42,237 nucleotides of DNA from Eubacteriales bacterium (GTDB taxonomy: Bacteria; Bacillota; Clostridia; Oscillospirales; CAG-272). The notes under the pieces are model-generated. The model ran no database searches. It worked only from the letters and a program-made list of their open reading frames with translations, and was not told where the DNA came from. The DNA is taken from the NCBI GenBank assembly GCA_045602305.1, contig JAZSBJ010000039.1:1-42237 (forward strand), read 5' to 3'. How positions within the stretch are numbered: position 1 is the first letter of the stretch; each line of letters opens with the position of its first letter. The position numbers and the translations under genes were made by a program. This document shows positions 30,801 to 37,752 of this stretch, piece by piece.

Positions 30801-30829
30801 ATTATACAAATATTCTCGAGCAAATGCAA
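30801..30829 (-). promoter_or_regulatory. Candidate promoter of the five-gene operon (-35 TTGCAT, 17-nt spacer, -10 TATAAT)
   Basis: On the minus strand, TATAAT is at 30806-30801 and TTGCAT at 30829-30824. The -35 is weak, matching the consensus at 3 of 6 positions. Confidence 0.45.
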
Positions 30830-30978
30830 CACTTTTCGCAAGATTTTCATTATTTTTGTCAATTTGTCGAAATATTTGTTCATATCTTGTGCGTTTTGCC
30901 TACATTCTGCCTTGAATTATCTTCCTTCATTTCCGTTTTTTGTAAGCATTGCATTACATTTCCGGCAAAAACAAAAAA

Positions 30979-31008
30979 AGACCGAATTTTTCGTTTCGGT
31001 CTTTTTTG
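30979..31008. terminator. Bidirectional terminator after metA, insulating it from the downstream operon
   Basis: GACCGAA (30980-30986), an 8-nt loop, TTCGGTC (30995-31001), flanked by an A7 run and a T6 run. Confidence 0.8.
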
Positions 31009-31026
31009 TAAGGATTTGTTTGCTTT

Positions 31027-31953
31027 TTACTCCTGCACGTCCATCGTATCGAGGTCGTATGGCGTGGTCTGGTAAACGTAGTAGTTGAGCCAGTTGGAGT
31101 AAAGAAGATTGGCGTGCGCGCGCCAAAGAACGAGGGGCGGATTCTCGTGATTGTCGTTCGGAAAATAGTTTTCGGGGACGCGAATGGGCTTGCCTTGCGA
31201 GAGATCGCGAAAGAATTCCTTGGCAAGCGTGTGCGGGTCGTATTCCGAGTGTCCCGTGATAAACACCTGTCTTCCCTCTTTCGCAATCACAGCGTACACA
31301 CCCGCCTTAGGCGAAGTGGAAAGCACGGTGAGCGCGGGGTGGGCGGAGATCTCCTCTTCCCTTACCTCGGTGTGGCGGGAGTGCGGCACGTAGAAGGTGT
31401 CGTCAAAGCCGCGGAACAGCATACATTTGCGGTCAAGCACCGTATGCTCAAACACGCCGAACATTTTTTCGGAAAGCGGATACTTCCCTATGCCGTAATG
31501 GTAGTAGAGCGCCGCCTGCGCCCCCCAACAAATGTGGAAGGTGCTATGCACGTTTTTCTTGCTCCACTCCATTACCGCACAAAGCTCATCCCAATACTCG
31601 ACCTCCTCGAACGCCATCTGCTCTACGGGCGCACCCGTGATGATCAGACCGTCGAACTTTTGATCCTTGACGTCCTCAAAGGTCTTATAAAAGGCGAGCA
31701 TATGCTCTTCCGAGGTGTTCTTTGACTTGTGCGTTTTGGTGTGTAAAAGGGTTAATTCGACCTGAAGCGGTGAGTTACCGAGCAGGCGCGAGAGCTGTGT
31801 TTCGGTGTCGATCTTGGTCGGCATCAAATTCAAAACGGCGATCTGCAAAGGACGAATGTCCTGCGTCTGCGCGCGCGTTTCGGTCATAACGAAGATGTTT
31901 TCTTCCGCCAAGGTTTTGGTGGCGGGCAGCTCGTTAGGAATGCGGATCGGCAT
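31027..31953 (-). CDS. metA: Homoserine O-acyltransferase, MetA family (O-acetyl/O-succinyl)
   Basis: 308 aa. [11 protein letters not shown]...ENIFVM...[18 protein letters not shown] is the canonical MetA N-terminus. Confidence 0.93.
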   Translation of the reverse strand: MPIRIPNELPATKTLAEENIFVMTETRAQTQDIRPLQIAVLNLMPTKIDTETQLSRLLGNSPLQVELTLLHTKTHKSKNTSEEHMLAFYKTFEDVKDQKFDGLIITGAPVEQMAFEEVEYWDELCAVMEWSKKNVHSTFHICWGAQAALYYHYGIGKYPLSEKMFGVFEHTVLDRKCMLFRGFDDTFYVPHSRHTEVREEEISAHPALTVLSTSPKAGVYAVIAKEGRQVFITGHSEYDPHTLAKEFFRDLSQGKPIRVPENYFPNDNHENPPLVLWRAHANLLYSNWLNYYVYQTTPYDLDTMDVQE

Positions 31954-31989
31954 AGCGCATCGCTCCTTTCTTTGCTTTTTTCGGTGGGT

Positions 31990-33276
31990 TTAGATGGCGG
32001 CGAGTGCCTGCTCAATGTCTGCGATCAGGTCCTCAGCGGCTTCAAGACCGCAAGAAAATCTGACGAGATCGGCAGAAACGCCGCAAGCCTCAAGCTCCGC
32101 GTCGGAGAGCTGACGGTGGGTGGTGGATGCGGGGTGCAAGCAGCAGCTGCGCGCGTCCGCTACGTGGGTTTCGATGGCGGCGATGCGAAGACCCGTCATA
32201 AATTTCTCTGCGGCAGCTCTGCCGCCCTTAACGCCAAAGCTGACGACACCGCAGGTGCCGTTCGGCATATACTTCTTGGCAAGCGCGTAGTCGGCGTCGC
32301 CCTCAAGAGAAGGATACTTTACCCAAGCGATCTTCTCGTGCGAGGCGAGGAAGCGCGCAACGGCGAGTCCGTTCTCGGCGTGCTTCTTCATACGGACGTG
32401 CAGGCTCTCAAGTCCAAGGCCGAGAATAAAGGCGCTCATCGGCGATTGCGTCGTACCGAGGTCACGCATCAGCTGTGCGGTCGCCTTGGTGATGAACGCG
32501 CCCTCTTTGCCAAATCGCTCGGCATAGGTGATGCCGTGATAGCTGTCGTCGGGCGTTGTGAGTCCGGGGAAACGGTCGGCGTGCGCCATCCAGTCAAACT
32601 TACCGCCGTCCACGATCGCGCCGCCGACACAAGAGCCGTGGCCGTCCATATACTTGGTGGTCGAGTGCGTCACGATGTCCGCGCCCCATTCGAGGGGACG
32701 GCAATGGGCGGGGGGTGCGAAGGTGTTGTCGATGATGAGGGGAACGCCGTGCGCGTGCGCCACCTTAGCGAAAAGCTCGATGTCAAGCACGTTGAGTGCG
32801 GGGTTGGCGATGGTTTCGCCAAAGAGCGCCTTGGTGTTCGGACGGAAGGCGGCGGCAAGCTCCTCTTCGCTCGCGCTTGGCGAAACGAAGGTAAAGTCGA
32901 TGCCCATTTTCTTCATCGTCACCGAGAAAAGATTAAAGGTGCCGCCGTAGATGGCAGAGGAAGCCACCACGTGGTCGCCTGCATTTGCAATGTTAAACAC
33001 GGCAAAAAAGTTTGCCGCTTGACCCGAGGACGTAAGCATTGCGGCAGTGCCGCCTTCCATCGCGCAAATTTTCGCCGCCACCGTGTCGCAGGTGGGGTTT
33101 TGCAGACGGGAGTAGAAATAACCCGATGCCTCAAGGTCAAAGAGCTTGCCCATATCCTCGCCCGTAGCGTATTTGAAGGTCGTGCTTTGCACGATGGGGA
33201 TTTGTCTGGGCTCACCGTTGCCGGGCGTATAGCCGCCCTGTACGCACACGGTATCAATGTGCTGTTTCTTTTCCAT
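31990..33276 (-). CDS. metY: O-acetylhomoserine sulfhydrylase (aminocarboxypropyltransferase), PLP-dependent
   Basis: 428 aa. The blocks YSRLQNPT, SSGQAA and the PLP-lysine context HSTTKYMDGHG are typical of MetY/Cys-Met metabolism enzymes. Confidence 0.9.
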   Translation of the reverse strand: MEKKQHIDTVCVQGGYTPGNGEPRQIPIVQSTTFKYATGEDMGKLFDLEASGYFYSRLQNPTCDTVAAKICAMEGGTAAMLTSSGQAANFFAVFNIANAGDHVVASSAIYGGTFNLFSVTMKKMGIDFTFVSPSASEEELAAAFRPNTKALFGETIANPALNVLDIELFAKVAHAHGVPLIIDNTFAPPAHCRPLEWGADIVTHSTTKYMDGHGSCVGGAIVDGGKFDWMAHADRFPGLTTPDDSYHGITYAERFGKEGAFITKATAQLMRDLGTTQSPMSAFILGLGLESLHVRMKKHAENGLAVARFLASHEKIAWVKYPSLEGDADYALAKKYMPNGTCGVVSFGVKGGRAAAEKFMTGLRIAAIETHVADARSCCLHPASTTHRQLSDAELEACGVSADLVRFSCGLEAAEDLIADIEQALAAI

Positions 33277-33364
33277 AACCTGACTTCCTTTCTAGGAAAT
33301 AACTTTAAATGTAAAGTTTGGTTGTCGTTGTTAAAAACAAATATTTACATTTTAAGAGGAAATC

Positions 33365-33390
33365 AAGGCTGTTTGCGTACAAACAGCCTT
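33365..33390 (-). terminator. Hairpin after ilvE (possible weak or bidirectional terminator)
   Basis: AAGGCTGTTT (33365-33374), a 6-nt loop, AAACAGCCTT (33381-33390). The T-run is better on the plus strand (GTGTTTTTTG) than on the minus strand (GATTTCCTCTT). Confidence 0.5.
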
Positions 33391-33404
33391 GTGTTTTTTG
33401 TAAA

Positions 33405-34472
33405 TCAGACCTCGACTCTCCAGCCGAAGGGATCGGGGCGGCGGCCCCACTGGATGCCCGTGATCTCGTCGTAGAGCTTTTGGGTAAGCTCGCCGATCTC
33501 ACCGCCGCCGATCTGCATCACGTCGTCCATATAACGGAGCTTGCCGACAGGGGAAACGACAGCGGCAGTACCCGTACCGAAGACTTCCTCAAGGGAGCCG
33601 TCCTTTGCGGCGGCGACCAGCTCGTCGACCGAAATGCGGCGTTCCTCGACCTCATACCCCCAGCTGCGGCAAAGGGTGAGCACGGAGTTACGGGTAACGC
33701 CGGGGAGAATGCTGCCGTTGAGCATCGGCGTGACGATCTTGCCTGCGATCTTGAAGAAGATGTTCATAGCGCCAACCTCTTCAATATATTTTCTCTCTAC
33801 GCCGTCCAGCCACAGAACCTGCGAATAGCCGTCGTCGTGTGCCTTGACCTGCGCGATGAGAGATGCGGCGTAGTTACCGCCCGTCTTGGCGAAGCCCATA
33901 CCGCCTTTGACGGCACGGACGTACTCGTCCTCGATCCAAATACCGACGGGAGCAAGTCCACTCTCATAGTATGCGCCCGAGGGAGAAAGAATGACCATAA
34001 AGAGATAGGTCTTAGAGGGTGCCACGCCCAGAAAATCGTCCGTCGCGATCACAAAGGGACGAATGTAGAGCGAGGTGCCGGGCTCGGTGGGGATCCAATC
34101 CTTATCCACCTCGACCACAGCGCGGACAGCTTCTACGAAATCCTCTTCGGGAATGTTGGGGATGCAAAGACGGTCGTTGGACTGATTGGCGCGCTTTGCG
34201 TTCATATCGGGACGGAAAAGGTATGCCTTTCCGTCGTCGCCCATATATGCCTTAAGTCCCTCAAACATCTCCTGTCCGTAATGGAATACCATCGACGCGG
34301 GAGAAAGAGAAAGATTCTGATAGGGGACGATGCGTGCGTCGTGCCAGCCCTTTCCTTCCGTATAGTTCATCACGAACATATGGTCGGTAAAGATATGACC
34401 GAAGCCAAGCTTTTCGCCCTTTGCGGGCTTCGCCTTGGGCGCAGTCGTTTTTTCGATCTTGATGTTCAGCAT
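33405..34472 (-). CDS. ilvE: Branched-chain amino acid aminotransferase
   Basis: 355 aa from the ATG at 34472: MLNIKIEKT...GFGHIFTDHMF...YGQEMFEGLKAY...AKTGGNY...LPGVTR, typical class IV aminotransferase IlvE blocks. The track ORF's extra 44 N-terminal residues lack a ribosome-binding site. Confidence 0.9.
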   Translation of the reverse strand: MLNIKIEKTTAPKAKPAKGEKLGFGHIFTDHMFVMNYTEGKGWHDARIVPYQNLSLSPASMVFHYGQEMFEGLKAYMGDDGKAYLFRPDMNAKRANQSNDRLCIPNIPEEDFVEAVRAVVEVDKDWIPTEPGTSLYIRPFVIATDDFLGVAPSKTYLFMVILSPSGAYYESGLAPVGIWIEDEYVRAVKGGMGFAKTGGNYAASLIAQVKAHDDGYSQVLWLDGVERKYIEEVGAMNIFFKIAGKIVTPMLNGSILPGVTRNSVLTLCRSWGYEVEERRISVDELVAAAKDGSLEEVFGTGTAAVVSPVGKLRYMDDVMQIGGGEIGELTQKLYDEITGIQWGRRPDPFGWRVEV

Positions 34473-34497
34473 TTCTTTTTGCCTTCTTTCTATCGAA

Positions 34498-35033
34498 TTA
34501 TTCTTCGTAATTGTAGCCCGTTTCGATCGCCTTGAGGTTGATCTCAAGAAGATCGGCGTGCTTTGCCGATACGACCTTGGAAAGCGCATCGCGGATGCCT
34601 TCATAGGACACCATACCCGTTTCGCGGATGAGCTTGCCCACCATAATCATATTGGCGAGCGTGGGGAAGCCTGCCTCCTTGGCAAGGCGGGTCGCGGGAA
34701 TGTAGAACGCATCCACATCCGCTCTCTTTACCTTGCGCTCAATGAGGGTGGAATCCACAAAGATCTTGCCGCCCGCGACGGTTGCGTCCTCGTACTTGTC
34801 GAGCGAGGGCAGGTTCATTACCATCAAAACGTCGGGGTTGGACACGATGGGAGAGCCGACGGGCTCGTCACTGATGATGACCGAGCAGTTTGCCGTACCG
34901 CCGCGCATTTCGGGACCGTAAGAGGGGAGCCAGCTTAACTGCTTGCCCTCAAGGAGCCCCTTATATGCGAGAAACTTGCCTGCGAACAGAACGCCCTGTC
35001 CGCCAAAGCCTGCAATCAAAAGGTTGGTCGTTT

Positions 35034-35037
<4 letters not shown>
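34498..35037 (-). CDS. 2-oxoacid:ferredoxin oxidoreductase, gamma subunit
   Basis: 179 aa. [14 protein letters not shown]...[14 protein letters not shown] is the conserved gamma-subunit signature. Its start overlaps the beta subunit stop (ATGA). Confidence 0.9.
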
Positions 35038-35789
<752 letters not shown>

Positions 35790-35792
35790 TGC

Positions 35793-36848
35793 TTATTCTC
35801 CTTTCACCATCGCCACGATCTTGGCATAGACCTCTTCGGGCGTGGGGATCATACCGCCTGCGCGGTTGCAAAGGTAGACGGGTCTTGCACAGCGAATGGC
35901 AAGCTCGATGTCCTCGATCATCTGACCCATCGAAAGCTCAACGGAAAGGAACGCCTTGACCGTCTTTGCCGCCTCGGCAAAGGCGCGCTTCGGGAAGGGC
36001 CAAAGGGTGATGGGGCGGATCATACCGACCTTCATACCGTTTGCACGCGCTTCGTTGACGGCGTTTTTCGCAACGCGGGAAGCGATACCGAAGGCAACGA
36101 CGCAATACTCGGCGTCGTCCATCAAGTAGGACTCGTAGCGTGCCTCGGTTTCTTCGATCTTTGCGTAACGCTCGTAGCGCTTAAAGTTCTCTTCCTCGAG
36201 CTTTTCGGGCTTAAGGAAAAGGGAGTTTACGATGTTGTGCGTTCTCTTGCATTCGGTGCCCGTAAGCGCCCAAGGCTTTTCAAAAGTGCGTGTCTCGCCC
36301 GTAGGAAGCTCTACAGGCTCCATCATCTGACCCATCGTACCGTCGGCAAGGATCATCGAGGTCATACGGTATTCGTCTGCCTTTTCAAAGCCGAGAACGG
36401 TGAGGTCTGCCATCTCCTGCACAGAGGCAGGGGCGTACACGAGCATATGGTAGTCGCCGTGACCGCCACCGCGCGTTGCTTGGAAGTAGTCGGACTGGGA
36501 AGGCTGAATGCCGCCAAGACCGGGGCCGCCGCGCTGTACGTTGACGATGAGGGCGGGCAGGTCTGCGCCTGCAAGATAGGAGAGGCCCTCGCTCTTAAGC
36601 GAGATTCCGGGGCTGGAAGAAGAGGTCATAACGCGAAGGCCTGCGCCCGCAACGCCGTAGACCATATTGATTGCGGAGATCTCGCTCTCCGCTTGGAGAA
36701 ATACGCCGCCGATCTTAGGCATACGCTTTGCCATATACGCGGCAATTTCCGTTTGGGGGGTGATGGGATAGCCGAAATAATGACGGCAGCCCGCAAGGAT
36801 CGCCGCCTCGGCGATTGCCTCGTTACCCTTCATAAGTACCTTAGCCAT
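35793..36848 (-). CDS. 2-oxoacid:ferredoxin oxidoreductase, alpha subunit
   Basis: 351 aa. MKGNEAIAEAAILAGCRHYFGYPITPQTEI is the typical alpha-subunit N-terminus. Confidence 0.9.
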   Translation of the reverse strand: MAKVLMKGNEAIAEAAILAGCRHYFGYPITPQTEIAAYMAKRMPKIGGVFLQAESEISAINMVYGVAGAGLRVMTSSSSPGISLKSEGLSYLAGADLPALIVNVQRGGPGLGGIQPSQSDYFQATRGGGHGDYHMLVYAPASVQEMADLTVLGFEKADEYRMTSMILADGTMGQMMEPVELPTGETRTFEKPWALTGTECKRTHNIVNSLFLKPEKLEEENFKRYERYAKIEETEARYESYLMDDAEYCVVAFGIASRVAKNAVNEARANGMKVGMIRPITLWPFPKRAFAEAAKTVKAFLSVELSMGQMIEDIELAIRCARPVYLCNRAGGMIPTPEEVYAKIVAMVKGE

Positions 36849-36860
36849 TGTCTTACCTCC

Positions 36861-37067
36861 TTATTTCTCGACGCGGATGACGCAGTCGGGGCACATCGTT
36901 GCACAGAACGCGCAGCCGATGCACTTCGATTCGTCGGTCATCTCCGCAGGGGAATGTCCTTTTTTGTTGATCTTGTCCTTTGCGATCACAAGGATCTTTT
37001 TGGGGCAGGCGGAAACGCAAAGTCCGCAGCCCTTGCAAAGGTCGGTGTCAAATGTCACTTTAGCCAT
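36861..37067 (-). CDS. 2-oxoacid:ferredoxin oxidoreductase, delta subunit (2x[4Fe-4S] ferredoxin)
   Basis: 68 aa with two CxxCxxCxxxCP motifs (CKGCGLCVSACP and CIGCAFCATMCP). Confidence 0.9.
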   Translation of the reverse strand: MAKVTFDTDLCKGCGLCVSACPKKILVIAKDKINKKGHSPAEMTDESKCIGCAFCATMCPDCVIRVEK

Positions 37068-37083
37068 TTTAATATCCGTCCTT

Positions 37084-37740
37084 TTATGTTATTTTTTTCT
37101 GTAAGCGAATGGAAAACGCCTCGGGGATCGCATCGCCTAAGCGTGCGTCCGTAGCGGTAAAGAGGAGAGGGAGCGAAGAGAGCCTTGAAAGCCGTTCGGC
37201 TTCCGCTTGCTTGGCAAGGATATCGCCCGCCGTCGTTTCTTCTCCAAGGTTTGAGTTGTGTACGATCGCGGTAAAGGGGATTCCGCACGCCGCCTCGATC
37301 TCGCGCATCACCTCAAGCGCGGCTTCCGCCGTCGGGGTGAGGGGGCGGTAAAAGTTGGCGACGAAGATGCTTTCATAATTTCCCTCTTCCAAAATGGCGG
37401 GGGCGTATCTGCCGAGCGCGAGCGCGCCACGGTCATCGCCGCCCACGTCAAGGACCGCATAACGGCTCTTGTCCTCGGTGAGCGCATATAGCTCTGCGGG
37501 CAGGGCGGGAAGGTCCACGTTGCTGTTGGCGTATGCAGAGGAGATCAGGCGAATGCCTGCGGAAAGAAAATCCTCGGCACTGTCCTTGGTGCGGAAATAC
37601 GGATTGACGATGTCAAGGTCCGCAATGGTGACGGGGTGTCCCTTTTCCGCGAGATGTAACGCATAGTTTACAGCAATGTTGGTTTTCCCGCTGCCGTAAT
37701 GTCCCGAAAAGAGGGTAACTCGTTTGGGTGTCAGTTTCAT
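37084..37740 (-). CDS. P-loop NTPase of the MinD/ParA/CooC-like (SIMIBI) type, function unknown
   Basis: 218 aa. The N-terminal Walker A is LFSGHYGSGKTNIAVNYA, followed by IADLDIVNPYF, which resembles the switch region of MinD/CooC-type ATPases. Confidence 0.6.
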   Translation of the reverse strand: MKLTPKRVTLFSGHYGSGKTNIAVNYALHLAEKGHPVTIADLDIVNPYFRTKDSAEDFLSAGIRLISSAYANSNVDLPALPAELYALTEDKSRYAVLDVGGDDRGALALGRYAPAILEEGNYESIFVANFYRPLTPTAEAALEVMREIEAACGIPFTAIVHNSNLGEETTAGDILAKQAEAERLSRLSSLPLLFTATDARLGDAIPEAFSIRLQKKIT

Positions 37741-37752
37741 TTTCTTTGCTAA

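Noticed and set aside
30857-30862. A perfect TTGACA hexamer (minus strand) upstream of the vWA operon, as a -35 element.
   Set aside because: No acceptable -10 lies 16-18 nt downstream (GCGAAA or CGAAAA). The TATAAT at 30801-30806 is about 50 nt away. I therefore listed the weaker TTGCAT/TATAAT pair instead, with low confidence.
33277-33404. An S-box (SAM-I) or T-box riboswitch upstream of metY.
   Set aside because: Only 128 nt are available and most of that is a simple hairpin. I found no GGUGGNACCGCG T-box core and no S-box conserved helices or junction motifs.
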